64,000 bases of DNA from positions 207,700,001 through 207,764,000 of the forward strand of contig OZ024740.1 in NCBI GenBank assembly GCA_964016885.1, written 5' to 3'. The DNA is from Eledone cirrhosa (taxonomy: Eukaryota). The notes beneath the pieces are model-generated. The model was not told the DNA's origin and did not search any database. It worked only from the letters and a program-made list of their open reading frames with translations. The position numbers and the translations under genes are program-made. Of this stretch, positions 41,901 through 57,243 are shown in pieces; the first letter of the stretch is position 1, and each line of letters begins with the position of its first letter.

Positions 41901-44900
41901 AACCAAACACCACCACCACACCAAAAACCACCACCACACCAAACACCACCACCACACCAAACACCACCACCACACCAAACACCACCACATCAAATACCAG
42001 CACCACATCAAATACCACCACCACAACAAACACCACCAAACCAAACACCACCACACCAAACCACCACACCAAACACCAACACACCAAACCACCACACCAA
42101 ACACCACCAGACCAAACACCACCACCAAACACCACCACCACACCAAACACCACCACCATATCAAACACCACCACCACACCAAACAACACAACCACACCAA
42201 ACACCACCACCACACCAAACACCACCACCACACCAAACACCACCACCACACCAAACACCACCACCACACCAAAAACCACCACCACACCAAACACCACACC
42301 ACCACACCAAACACCACCACCAAACACCACCTCCACACCAAACATCACCACCACACCAAACACCAGCACCACATCAAACACCACCACCACACCAAACACC
42401 ACCACCACACAAAACACCACCACCACACCAAACACCACCACCACACCAAACACCACCTCCACACCAAACACCACCACCACACCAAACACCACCACCACAC
42501 CAAACACCACCTCCACACCAAACACCACAACCACACCAAACACCACCACCACACCAAACACCACCACCACACCAAACACCACCACCACACCAAACACCAC
42601 TACCACACCAAATACCACCACCACACCAAACACCATCACCACACCAAACACCACCACCACAACAACACCACGACACCAAACACCATCACCACACCAACCA
42701 CCACCACCACACCAAACACCATCACCACACCAAACACCACGAAACACCAAACACCATCACCACACCAAACACCACCACCACATCAAACACCACCACCACA
42801 CCAAACACCACCACCACACCAAACACCACCACCGCATCAAACACCACCACCACATCAAATACCACCACCACATCAAATACCACCACCACAACAAACACCA
42901 CGACACCAAACACCACTACCACATCAAACACCATAACCACACCAAACACCACCACCACACCAAATACCACCACACCAAACACCACCACCACATCAAACAC
43001 CATAACCACACCAAACACCACCACCACACCAAATACCACCACACCAAACACCACCACCACACCAAACACCACCACATCAAACACCACCACCACATCAAAT
43101 ACCACCACCACACCAATCACCACCACACCAAACACCACCACACCAAACCACCACACCAAACACCACCAGACCAAACACAACCACGCCAAACACCACCACC
43201 AAACACCACCACCACATCAAACACCACTACACCAAACCACCACACCAAACACCACGACCACACCATACAACATCACCACACCAAACACCACCACACCAAA
43301 CACCACCACCACATCAAACACCATAACCACACCAAACACCACCACCACACCAAATATCACCACACCAAACACCACCACCACATCAAACACCATCACCACA
43401 CCAAACAACATCACCACTGCAAACACCACCACCACACCAAACACCACCACCACACCAAACAACATCACCACTGCAAACACCACCACCACACCAAACACCA
43501 CCACCACATCAAACACCACCACCATACTAAACACCACCACCACACCAGACACCACCACCACACCAAACACCACCACCACATCAAACACCACCACCACACC
43601 AAACACCACCACCACACCAAACACCACCACCACACCAAACACCACCACCACACCAAACACCACCACAACATCAAACACCACCACCAAACCAAACACCACC
43701 ACCACACCAAACACCACCACCACCACATCAAACACCACCACCACACCAAACACCACCACACCAAACACCACCACCACACCAAACACCACCACCACCAAAC
43801 ACCATCACCACACCAAACACCACCACCACACCAAACACCACCACCACACCAAGCACCACCACCACACCAAACACCACCACCACACCAAACACCACCACCA
43901 CGTCAAACACCACCACCACACCAAACACCACCACAACATCAAACACCACCACCAAACCAAACACCACCACCACACCAAACACCACCACCACCACATCAAA
44001 CACCACCACCACACCAAACACCACCACCACACCAAACACCACCACCACACCAAACACCACCACCACCAAACACCATCACCACACCAAACACCACCACCAC
44101 ACCAAACACCACCACCACACCAAACACCACCACCTCATCAAACACCACCACCACACCAAACACCACCACCACACCAAACACCACCACCACATCAAACACC
44201 ACCACCACACCAAACACCACCACAACATCAAACACCACCACCAAACCAAACACCACCACCACACCAAACACCACCACCACCACATCAAACACCACCACCA
44301 CACCAAACACCACCACCACACCAAACACCACCACCACACCAAACACCACCACCACCAAACACCATCACCACACCAAACACCACCACCACACCAAACACCA
44401 CCACCACACCAAACACCATCACCACACCAAACACCACCACCACACCAAACACCACCACCACACCAAACACCACCACCACACCAAACACCACCACCACAGC
44501 AAACACCACCACCACACCAAACACCACCACCACACCAAACACCACCACCACAGCAAACACCACCACCACAGCAAACAACACCACCACATCAAACACCACC
44601 ACCAAACACCACCACCACACCAAACACCAACACCACACCAAACACCACCACACCAAACACCACCACCACACCAAACACCACCACATGAAACACCACCACC
44701 ACACCAAACACCAACACCACACCCAAACACCACCACCACACCAAACACCGCCACCACACCAAACACCACCACCACACCAAAACACCACCACCACACCAAA
44801 CAACACCACCACATCAAAGACCACCACCACACCAAACACCACCACCACATCAAACACCGCCACCACACCAAACACCACCACCACATCAAACACCACCACC

Positions 44901-46765
44901 ACACCAAACACCACCACCACACCAAATAGCACCACCACACCAAACACCATCACCACACCAAACACCACCACCACACCAAATAGCACCACCACACCAAACA
45001 CCATCACCACACCAAACACCACCACCACACCAAATAGCACCACCACACCAAACACCACCACCACACCAAACACCACCAGCACACCAAACACCACCACCAC
45101 ACCAAACACCACCACCACACCAAACACCACCACCACACCTAACACCATCACCACAGCAAACACCACCACCACACCAAACACCACCACCATATCAAACACC
45201 ACCACCACACAAACACCACCACCAAACACCACCACCACATCAAACACCATCACCACACCAAACACCACCACCACACAAACACCACCACCAAACACCACCA
45301 CCACATCAAACACCATCACCACACCAAACACCACCACCACACAAACACCACCACCAAACACCACCACCACATCAAACACCATCACCACACCAAACACCAC
45401 CACCACCACCAAACACCACCACCACACCAAACACCACCACCACACCAAACACCACCACCAAACCAAACACCACCACCACACCTAACACCATCACCACAGC
45501 AAACACCACCACCACACCAAACACCACCACCACACCAAACACCACCACCATATCAAACACCACCACCACACAAACACCACCACCAAACACCACCACCATA
45601 TCAAACACCACCACCACACAAACACCACCACCAAACACCACAACCACACCAAACACCACCACCACATCAAACACCACCACCACACCAAACACCACCACCA
45701 CACCAAACACAACCACACCAAACACCACCACACCAAATAACACCACACCAAACACCACCACACCAAATAACACCACACCAAACACCACCACCACACCAAA
45801 GCCACCACCAAACACCACCACCACACCAAACACCACCACACCAAACCACCACACCAAACACCACCACACCAAACACCACCACACCAAATAACACCACACC
45901 AAACACCACCACCACACCAAACACCACCACCACACCAAACACCACCACACCAAACCACCACACCAAACACCACCACACCAAACACCACCACACCAAACAC
46001 CCCCACCACACCAAACACCACCACCACACCAAACACCACCACACCAAACAACCCCACCACACCAAACACCACCACCACACCAAACACCACCACACCAAAC
46101 ACCCCCACCACACCAAACACCACCACCACACCAAACACCACCACACCAAACACCCCCACCACACCAAACACCACCACCACACCAAACACCACCACACCAA
46201 ACACCCCCACCACACCAAACACCACCACCACACCAAACACCACCACACCAAACACCACCACCACAACAAACACCACCACCACACCAAACACCACCACCAC
46301 ACCAAACGCCACCACCAAACACCACCACCACACCAAACACCACCACACCAAACACCCCCACCACACCAAACACAACCACCACACCAAACACCACCACACC
46401 AAACACCCCCACCACACCAAACACCACCACCACACCAAACACCACCACACCAAACACCACCACCAAAACAAACACCACCACCACACCAAACGCCACCACC
46501 AAACACCACCACCACACCAAACACCACCACACCAAACCACCACACCAAACGCCACCACCAAACACCACCACCACACCAAACACCACCACACCAAATAACA
46601 CCACACCAAACGCCACCACCAAACACCACCACCACACCAAACACCACCACACCAAACCACCACACCAAACACCACCACACCAAACACCACCACACCAAAC
46701 ACCCCCACCACACCAAACACCACCACCACAACAAACACCACCACCACAACAAACACCACCACAAC
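35966..46765. repeat. 10.8-kb minisatellite, main unit 18 bp ACCAAACACCACCACCAC (15/19/21-bp variants)
   Basis: Directly visible; + strand is almost only C and A. Confidence 0.97.
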
Positions 46766-46884
46766 GTAACCAGTCCTTTAAAAGACACCTTTCAATAAAG
46801 TAAGCTATCCCCTCTCTAGTTGATGCACTGGGTAACTTACTGAGTTACACTTATATGAATGTATACATATTTGCATATATATAC

Positions 46885-47207
46885 TGGCACTCCGTCGGTT
46901 ACGACGACGAGTGTTCCAGTGGATATGATCAACGGAACAGCCTGCTCGTGAAATTAACGTGCAATTGTTTGAGCATTCCACGGACACGCGAACCCATAAC
47001 GTAGTTCTCAGGGAGATTCAGCGTGACACAGATTGTGACAAAGCTGGCCATTCGAGCTACAGATAGAACTCAATTTTGCCAGCTGAGTGGACTGGAGCAA
47101 CATGAAATAAAGTGTCTTGCTCAAGGACACAACGCATCGCCGGGAACCGAACTCACGGCCTTACTATTGTAAGCCGAATACCCTAACCACAAAGCCACTC
47201 GCCTTTA
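46885..47207 (-). mobile_element. Full-length tRNA-derived SINE
   Basis: Minus strand: tggctttgtggttagggtattcggc..gtgagttcggttcccgg (A/B-box-like), then gttgtgtccttgagcaagacactttatttc. Confidence 0.8.
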
Positions 47208-47777
47208 CATTTGCATATATATTACATGCTAAACTTCAAAAGTGTGTCTGTGTTTGTTTATGTGGGTGTGAATGTGCGTAGTTTGTTTATGTGTAAAATA
47301 ATTAATACTTAAAAATTATGGAAATTTTGTAAGTATGGGTTCTCTCAGTATTCTCAAAACTGTGTCATTTACCATTTTCTCTGCCAATTCTTGTTAAGTT
47401 GAAATGAAAGCTGGGATTGGTGTTTTTGTTTTTTACTCAAGTAACTTCGGTGAATTTGTCTTGGGAAATCATTCGACTGACAGGTAAACAACGCTGATTG
47501 CAATCAACATTTTTAGATCACAGTAGTCACCACCATCGTAACTCTACGTTTTGTTTCTACACAACTCTCGCTTTGGTCTGCAGTTGTCACCTTATATACA
47601 ACAAAAGTACAAGCTCCAAAGCTGTATATGTACACACAAGGAGTAGCTTAACCAACACGTTTTAACGCCGACCAACAACACTAACACTGCCCCTGTCTGT
47701 AGAAATTGCAATAATGCACACATTTGTTTACATAAATACATACACTTATGGATGAATGTAATGACTATATATATATA

Positions 47778-48102
47778 AAAGATTAATATGGTTCGTGATT
47801 ACTCATTGAATACAATTTTACCATAGATTAAAAGCACTCAACAAAAAAGTTTTACTGGAGTTTTTAATATTATTCAAAATATTAACAAATGAAAGATATT
47901 ACATAATCAAAATATATGCTTTATATGCCAATACTGGAATTATATAATCAAGACCGTAGCGGTATGTCATAAATCAAATCACATATTTTATCTGATGAGG
48001 ACGTACTGAAAAAAAAACAACACAGTACCTTTGAAATATATATAATAAAGTATATATTTTGATTATGTGAATATCTTTCATTTGTTAATATTTTGAATAA
48101 TA
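47778..48102 (+). mobile_element. Tail + inverted repeat + HHR element in (TA)n (family of 33535)
   Basis: 47867-47924 is an inverted copy of 48045-48102; leader homologous to 33535-33620. Confidence 0.8.
47984..48052 (+). ncRNA. Type I hammerhead ribozyme
   Basis: tattttat-CTGATGA-ggacgtactg(A-rich loop)cagtaccttt-GAAA-tatata-TA-ataaagta. Confidence 0.78.
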
Positions 48103-48124
48103 TATATATATATATATATATATT

Positions 48125-48313
48125 GGAGTAAGTAAGACCCCGACGGCTGAACTCAAGCCGTTTCGACGGCTAATTCTGTACAGAATTAGCCGTCGAAACG
48201 GCTTGAGTTCAGCCGTCGGGGTCTTACTTACTCCTATTACCCACTCTACAACCCTAAGTATTGAATACTTTGGTGCGTTATGGTCCACCTGGTTCCTTGC
48301 CACTTTTCCCTCG

Positions 48314-48314
<1 letters not shown>
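48125..48314. mobile_element. 110-bp perfect palindrome + tail in (TA)n (second copy)
   Basis: Near-identical to 26233-26422. Confidence 0.85.
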
Positions 48315-48369
<55 letters not shown>

Positions 48370-48375
48370 GCACAT

Positions 48376-48440
<65 letters not shown>

Positions 48441-48592
48441 CGTATACAACTCAAACACACTGATGCTTGTACACATACATATATTCATACATACAGAAAA
48501 TATGCACATATAATCGCATTGGTATATTTAATGTAAATATGTGAGTGCTTATTTGTGAATATGGTATAAGAGTGCATTTATATAAATATACA

Positions 48593-48679
<87 letters not shown>

Positions 48680-49149
48680 AATTGAGTGTTAGTATAAATG
48701 TGCATATGACGATAAGACACCAAAAATATAATATCATCTATTGTAACATCAGTCGTTAAAATAATAATTTGTGTTATCATAGTGAGATACACCATGTAAA
48801 TATTACATAGGTAGGAATAATCTGTATATGTTATAGAGACATATGTGATATGTATATCTTATGAAGAAACATAATAATATTTACATGTTATAGTAAGGCA
48901 GATATAACATTATTTATATTATTAATTCTTATCAACTGATTTTGGTAGTTTTGTATTAATACGCCCATATTATCTATCTGTCTCTCTCTGTCTCTCTGTC
49001 TCTATGTCTCTCTCTCTCTCTCTGTCTCTCTGTCTCTATGTCTCTCTCTCTCTCTCTGTTTCCCTCTGTGTCTCTCTCTGTGTCTCTCTCTGTCTCTCTC
49101 TGTGTCTCTATCTGTCTCTCTGTGTCTCTATATGCCCCCCCCATCTATA

Positions 49150-49220
<71 letters not shown>

Positions 49221-49339
49221 ATGAATCTAGCTGTCGTCTGTTCTACAGCGTAGATGTAATTCACTTCGCGCAGAAGTTTTGTTCAAATTTATTGCGGAAA
49301 TTTTGTAAGTTCAATTTTAATTTTGATACTATTGTGTAG

Positions 49340-50224
49340 CTTGACCCCCCGTCTGAACTGTCAGGCGGTGGGTCAGCTCATCTTTACCCTAGATGCACGT
49401 TGGGACTATGCAGGAGCATGTCCTAATAGAGGGGGGGGGGGGGTAACAGCCTCAAGGGGTTACTCGACCGTTTTAACTTGGTCGATAGATATCGACTAGA
49501 TTTTCCAACTGTGCCAACCTGGACTTGGACGAACCACAGTGGTCAATCTAGATCGTACTTAGATAGCTTCTTAGTTAGAAGTAAGGATAGGGACATATTA
49601 AGCTGTCCAGAAATGCTCACGGTTGGCTATACGGATCACAAATTAGTGAGCTGCGTAGTCAATCTCGAGAAAACACATAAACAGGGTCCCGGTTACTGGA
49701 AACTTAATTGACCGCCGAGTCCGTGATGACAATCAAACCGCCTCCCCTCTTCACAAAGGAAGCAAAGGCGGTTTTTCTGTGCGTAATAGCCATGTTGAAA
49801 GAGGTTGCTTGGTGGACACGATTGAAAGGTCTGAGGTCAGGCAACTTCCTCTCTGGCCATAGTCTGGTCTACTTCTTCCGATATCACTTCGGAAGAAGGA
49901 TAAGAATGGAGAGAGAGGTGCTTGGCCACAGGCAGTTTTATGAAAGGTGGGTGATAGTGGCGAGAATGGCTCGTGTAAATGGGCCTTCTCTGTATACCAT
50001 CCTGTAGGTAAAGAAGTGAAGGAGAGGGGAGCACCTTCTCCATGTGCTCCCCGGGCAAAGGATTGCCCACTTTTTCGGGGGTGTGTGCAACCCCCATCAC
50101 GTCCCCTCCCTTTTGAGGTTGTTCTCGATTATTTTCATTTTATACCATTTTTACTCGATTGTATGTAAACTCCCCCTTTGTATTTGTCCCTTCTTTTTAT
50201 GCCTTTATGGTAAATAAAGAAATA
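49340..50224 (+). mobile_element. Tx1/L1-like LINE with RT deleted (APE endonuclease C-terminus fused to ORF2 end)
   Basis: TWTN..SYLDSFL..TDHKLV..GPGYWKLN joined to LTAESV..ARMARVNGPSL; 3' end runs into (TATC)n. Confidence 0.85.
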
Positions 50225-51064
50225 TATCTATCTATCTATCTATATATCTATCTGTCCCGCTGTGTCGCTATCTGTCGGTACTCCGAGTTTCTCGTCATAT
50301 GCGACCATTCATTCAATAATGTTCATTCAATAAATAGTTGTTTCTACTTTAGGCACAAGGCCAGCAATTACCCAGTGCATTACTGGTACACTGGGTAATT
50401 GATCTCAGTGCAGTCCGACTGTTAACATTGGTTCCATAGATTCTCAGATTTTCATTGGTCAAAATCGGTCAGATGAGGGCCTTATCGTGCCTTACCCAGT
50501 GCTGATGGTACAGGCTTTTCAACAGCAAAATGTGATGTTAACTATATTAATCTGGAAACAACCCTCCCCCCAGATCTAACATCACATCTAAGATACACAA
50601 CCAGCCACCCCATGCCTCGACAGCCAGCTTGTGACTGTAGAACCACTCAAAATTGTCCACTTAGAAGGACTTATCACTTTAAGCTTGTGATATATAGAGC
50701 GAGTATAATACCTGCTCACGATATTGAAGAGATGTACATGGGATTTACGATGAATAGTTTTAAGATTCGATACAATCATCACGTAGTTTGAATTAATCCA
50801 GAAATTGAGATAATTCCATCTGTTTGCTTAAATCTCTACCAATGAGGTGGAAGGTGAATCGAAGATGTTTCCAGAATATCGTGAACAGCGGTGCTCAAGT
50901 TTACATTAACGATGCAAGAATGTCCCATTGTCATTTCTAGTAAATAATTCTACAACCACTAAAATCGTTGAATAGGACATCCGATATTTTACACTTTTAT
51001 TCATCCATTTTGAAAACGAAACAGGGTAACTGCTCCTATTATATGACATTTGGTTAGCGTTCTC

Positions 51065-51215
51065 CTTTTCAAAAGTATCGGCTGCTCTCAGATACGTTTG
51101 TGGTTAAGCCTGTGGCAATGAAGGTTTCTGGTGTTTTTAGTCCCTGGGCCACATCCAGTGCGTCTGTTTCCCAAACCTCCGGGACAATGTCTTTCCATCC
51201 TGTCTGACTGGACCA
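51065..51215 (+). mobile_element. CRE-like REL remnant
   Basis: KYRLLSDTFVVKPVAMKVSGVFSPWAT, homologous to KYQPLSYRFVVKPVAVETSNVLGPWTT at ~55520-55605. Confidence 0.6.
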
Positions 51216-52527
51216 CGAGGTTGACTGACCCTTACACAGTACGTGTTCAATACAGATCTCAAACTCACACACACTTGCTTGTCTAAACGGTATGATATTT
51301 GGCTGAAGTTCTCTCCCTTTCAATATTGCATTGAGTTCGTGTCAAATTACAACGACTCACTTCTTGTTTCGAAACGTTTTTGGACAGAAAGGTACTGTCT
51401 GTAAAAAGGTGTTTACATTTGTCTATATATATATAGTTTAGGTAAGAAATCTATAGATTTATTATGTAGTAGAGTTTAGCATTGGAACAAAACACCATTA
51501 ATGCCCCGGTGATTTATGAGATGATTCTGTCTTTACAGCCGAAGGGAATGAACTGACTCGTTCATTGTTTTCATTTTTGATATGTGGTGCCAGTCTTTCC
51601 AAATGACAGACAAATAAATCGACTGATTTAGCCGATGGCTTAGTATATACCACGTGAGTTGCTAAGATAGAAAGACATTTTGATATATCTTACAGATCCT
51701 ATTATTCCAATGATTGATGGAAAGTAAAAGTCTGCAACAAACAAGGAACAAGGATAAACATTGATGTAAAGAGGAAACAGAATACAGTAGCTCTATACGA
51801 TGTGTACGTTCGAATCTGGCCATTATTTGAAATATGTAAAGCTGACAGTTAACATATGTATGGAGGTCACAGTAAATATATAAACAACAATATCTTAACT
51901 GAAAGTTAAAGTTGTAACGAACGTCAGAATGTCTCAACATACAACAGATGTGGCATCTCAACTGTATGGTCTTCATTGGAAATATCTCTATGAAATGAAA
52001 CATCCGTATAGATATTATGTTATGAAAACATCCGAATTGAAGAATAAATGATATGTTATCAGATTGGAAGAAGCAGTTAATTAAGATAGTGTAATTACTG
52101 TTCTTTGTATGTTGGCTGAGTGAATAAATCAATGTTATGACATCGTCATTGAAGATGAAACGATGAAAGGACCCCATGTCTTCTTATGCCTTGATTAATA
52201 TGGAAGCACAACCTTATTATAAACACAAGGAAACACTTTGAAAGGTTCCAACAATTCTCTGTTGACTCCCCCTCCCATCCCCACCCCCACACACTACCAT
52301 CACAATAAATATGATAAAACATGTAATATGTCTTTTGTATAATATAGAAAGTTATTTTAAGAAGTAGGCGAATTCTGGTGAGATGTGAGTCGTGTTTATT
52401 GGTAGGGATGTTTAGAGAGGAGGGGGACTAAGGCAGAGAGGGAGATGACAAGAGAAAGGAAGACAGAGAGAGATAGAGAGAGAGGGGGGAGAATTCTTTA
52501 AGAGATGGTACATAAAAAGAAATATTA

Positions 52528-52862
52528 ATGATGGCAGTATGATGATGATGATGATATGATGATGATGAAGATGATGATGATGATGGTGATAATGATGGTT
52601 GTGATGATGACAGTATGATGATGTTGATGATTACAATGATGAGGATGATGATGAGGAGGAAGATGATGATGATGAAGATGATGGTGATGATGGTGGTGGT
52701 GATGATGGTGGTGATGATGATGATGGTGATGATGGTGATGATGAAGATAATGATGATGAAAATGATGGTGATGATGATGAAAATGATGGTGATGATGATG
52801 ATGATGGTGATGAAGATAAAGATGATGGTGATGGTGATGATGATGATGATGAAGAAGATGAA
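52528..52862. repeat. Degenerate (GAT)n repeat
   Basis: Directly visible. Confidence 0.9.
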
Positions 52863-55359
52863 AAAGAAGAACTGCAGCCACAACAAACAAAAACAAAAAT
52901 AATAACAACAATATCAAAAGGAAAAAAAAAACAGCAACAAGGAAAATATTGGAGAGATATTAAATGGAAAAATACAATATTGAATTAATATAAAGAGTGG
53001 TGTGCTTATGCGCGGAGATACTATGAAATATATTATAAAATAGAGTGAAGACCCTTAAATAACGAAAAATAAGTTGCCATCCGTCACTCTGAGAAATTGG
53101 ACCCCACATCTTCCAGAAACCAGCTAGGCGCTTTGAATATACGAAGAAATTCATATCACCTTCTTCTTCTTTTGGTTAGCTCTCTCTGAAGAAACAAGTC
53201 ATATTTTATTAAAGAAGATCAATTGAAAGAATCAGGGTGAATTGGTTACTGGGTGTACCAGTAGTGCACTGAGTTGATTTAATCAACTTTCTCCTTCCCT
53301 TCATTTTATTAGGCCGCAAATATAGTAATATAGAGTATTGTAACGAGTATTGTATTAAGGTTTAGTACCAAGAGAGTGAATATTATTACATCATGTAGAT
53401 TACTTATTTTATCATCTTTGAATGAATGAAAGTCGAAGTTGACCGAGGTGGGATTTGAACTCACAATACAGAGAGACGGAACAAACACTGCAAGTTATTA
53501 CTTTCGACATCGTAACGATTGCCAATTCACCGCCTTGGTACTTCTGATATAAATGTTTATTAAATAAAGATTAGATCCTATGAGGTGCATTCTGCCTGAT
53601 AACGAGGTAATTCTCAAGGTAAATCATATTTAAATATTGAATTATTGGTTTTTAATATAGGAACAAGGCTAAATATCTTTAGAGAGTGGTATAGCTACTC
53701 GAGCTGCTAGAAATAGCAGCTAAATCACACCACAACGTCTTGGAATATGTAGATACTTCTATAAGATAAGATGACATGGTCATGGCTGGAGCGTGTTGGA
53801 TCATAGATCTGTTTCATCAGGGCTTAGTCAGGGTTATTCAACAACAAAAGCTAGAACAACAACAACATCAAACAACAATAACAAAACAAAAGAATAATTG
53901 TTTCTACTTTAGGCACAAGGCCAGCACATATTCCAGTGTATTACTGGTACTTTATTTTATCGACCCCGTAAGGATGAAAGGCAAAGTTAACCTCGATAAC
54001 AATAAACAATAACACCAGTGGTAGCAAGAACAAAAACAAAATCAACAGCAAACAGCAACAACAACATCAAACCACAATACTAAGCGGCAACAACAACAGT
54101 AACACGAGCAACAACAACGACGAGGCCACATTTAATCTACGCAAACCTTTAGTTGCTAATTCTGTTGTTCTTTGTATTTGTTTCAAAAATGATGTGAAAT
54201 AAAAGACCCTGATTCTCTAAATTATCTGTCCTTACCCGCCAATATCTCATTCATCACTGTCGTCTTTAGAACTCACAATTATGATGTTTGCGTTCCTTTA
54301 CTACAAGGCTAATGCTGTAGGAGCGGTGTAGAAGGGGAAAACAGATTGAAATATATCCGTATATATTACATTTTCGTACAACCGTGGAGAGGAGATGGAA
54401 TTTAGACTTAACCCAGGACAGATTTAAACTGTGAACTTTGGATTAAATGCTTTTTGACATTTTAACCCGGCATTTTAATGTTTTTACTAATTTATATGAT
54501 AATAATCATTTCTACTTTTGGGTCAAGGCCAGCAATTTGAAGGGAAGGGGAAAGTTTGTTAAATCAACCCCAAAACTAAGCTAACCTCGGCGGGATAATA
54601 AAATTAAGGGAAGGAGAAAGTTGATTAAATCAACCCCAATGCGTTACTGGTACTTTATCTTATCGACCCCCTAAGGATGGAAAACAAACCTTACCTCGAC
54701 GGGATAATAAAATCGAGTTTTAAAAAGTCAAAAGATGGATAATGGTTCATATGTTTCGGTAATGAAGAGAAGAGAATTCTATGGATTGATTTTTGTTTTT
54801 TTTTGTTTTTTTTTTACTAATTTCGTCAACACTGAATGCCCTCATGTTTCACTTTGTTTATTTCATACACAGAAATTTTATCACGTGTATTCATGTGTGC
54901 GTTCTACAACCAATTGAATAAACTCATGACTGAAGGATATAGCTGGTACTTATTTTGTCGACACCCAGAGCAATAAAAGTCAAGATCGATTCTTAATCAT
55001 TTTCAACTAAAATCATAATATGGATGAAACTGAGCACTGAAATGAATACGTCCAGTGTAAAACTGGTTTTGATACTCAACTGTTTTCTCCAAATATATAT
55101 TAAAAGTGGTTTTATTGCTTCTAACATCTAAACTGAAAGTAATTTGGGATTTGAAAAGATGGTCACCATAACTTCTTAATAATGCTAGTAAATATATATT
55201 TCCGACTAGCCATAAATACCACCAACTTTTCAGTCCAAACAACTTGAAGGAGAATTATTTCTGTCTGGATAACTTCACCTCTACTAGGCAACGTAAAAAC
55301 TAGATTACTTCATATGTAAATATACTTTAGTTGTTGTAGTGACGTCCGAATTAGTATCC

Positions 55360-55920
55360 TCCACCACCAACTAACTTGCTCCCCGCCACTGGCTCCCAGC
55401 CGACAGGAGGGAGAATGCATTGCCTCGGAGGTCAGCAAGGGAGACGCGCTGAAACATCCAAACCACCTCACAGGCCCGCACCTGTGGGCGGCCAACTTCG
55501 CCTCGATAGCAATGAATAGGGATGTGGTCCAGGGACCAAGAACGTTGGAAGTTTCCACAGCTACAGGCTTTACCACAAACCTATACGAGAGCGGCTGATA
55601 CTTGGAAAGTTTGCCCTCTTCGGCTTGGCTGGCAGCAAAGCCTGGCTGGTAGCCAAACATACCAGGTTGCAATTAGAGGTGTCACAGTATGTGGAATCCC
55701 TTATGACGGGCCTATCCCCGCCGAATGGGAAGATTGTCATGCCAACTGGCTTTTTGCCGTCCCCTCGGTCCAGCTCTTTGCGCCAAAACACATCTACCTT
55801 TGTTATACCAGAAAAATGAGCCCCACCATCAAAAAGTTGGCGTGCCAAGCCTCTGGTCCACTGAGTGGGCAATGCCTCTCCAAAGTTGTAAGCAATACTC
55901 ACTACAGCAGATTTAGATGA
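55360..55920 (-). mobile_element. CRE-like non-LTR element, REL endonuclease fragment
   Basis: RGDGKKPVGMTIFPF..RDSTYCDT, AASQAEEGKLSKY..PVAVET..QRVSLA..RGNAFSLL. Confidence 0.75.
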
Positions 55921-56083
55921 ATGTAGTATCAAGACAAACAATTTCAACGAATGTTATGACTATATTGAATACTTTCACTTTCGTTTCAGATGGACGTTCA
56001 TTGATATGGTATTTCTAATACAATTTAAAGTATTCTTGAGAAGTCCTGCCAATACTTATGACGACTCTGTGTAAGTCTATTTA

Positions 56084-56192
<109 letters not shown>

Positions 56193-56942
56193 AGGGGGGG
56201 GGGGGGGTAGAAGCTGCTAAATGTTCGGTCGCCCTCATGTCTCTGATTTTCAGCCACATGGATTTTGTTTATTATATTCCTTTGTTATATTTCGAATACC
56301 TGATGATGTCACCGGATTCATATTGAACCCGGTCACTTAAATTATCATAGTTATAATAAACCTTTTAAGGAATTACACCAGTCCAGCCTCCTGTTATTTT
56401 ATAATAATTAATTCCATACTCGCACCACCAACTACACAAACGAAGACGGGTGAGTTGCATTACGTTGAGTGCTCTCCATTATATTACATCGAGGTCGACC
56501 ATACAGAATGACCAGTTCTATCCAGTGGTGAACCAACAAACCTAAATATATATATAGAGAGAGAGATTAGAGCAAACATCACGAGCGCTCTATCTCAAAA
56601 TTATTTTTGAAAAGCATTAGAAATGCGCAACCGGTAAAAACTTAAAACTAAAACTGAATACTAACCAATACTTATTACTAATTTATACTTATTCCTAATT
56701 AAACTATTTTTCACTGGGAAAAATTTGTCAGCATTTTCTTTTCCTTTTACTAATATATATATATATATTTATATGTATAGATGCATGTATATATATATAT
56801 ATATATACACACACATATATGTAAATTGATATATACATATACATATATATATTTATATAAATATGTGTGTTTATATAGATACATGTATATGAATGTGTAT
56901 GTATATATACATCTAATATATATACATACACACGCACGCACG

Positions 56943-56974
<32 letters not shown>

Positions 56975-57180
56975 AATGTATGTATGTATTTGTGGGAACT
57001 AATTCAGCAAGAAAGATATGTCTGCGGGTTGACATCTAAAATATACAACTTCATAAATATTCATGTGTATGTATGTGTTGTTGTGTATATGTGTGTGAGA
57101 TTGTGTGTGTGTGTGTTATGTCATTTTAAATCTGCTTCGACATACTTGTTTGTATATATATGTGAATGTATATAATTATG

Positions 57181-57239
<59 letters not shown>

Positions 57240-57243
<4 letters not shown>

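Noticed and set aside
35954-46788. Dozens of long VVVFG/WWWCL ORFs
   Set aside because: Translations of the 18-bp minisatellite in all frames; no coding signature
47130-47207. tRNA-like sequence
   Set aside because: SINE head with no complete cloverleaf
51500-55280. Possible host-gene exons on the minus strand (e.g. cttcag|AGAGAGCTAACCAAAAG.. near 53187; ORFs 51662..52177 and 55003..55242)
   Set aside because: Splice-like signals only, with no recognisable protein homology; cannot be supported without RNA-seq
56298-56345. ctgatga followed by a ccgg hairpin, HHR-like
   Set aside because: GAAA is missing (ttaaa) and there is no convincing stem I/III; at best a dead remnant
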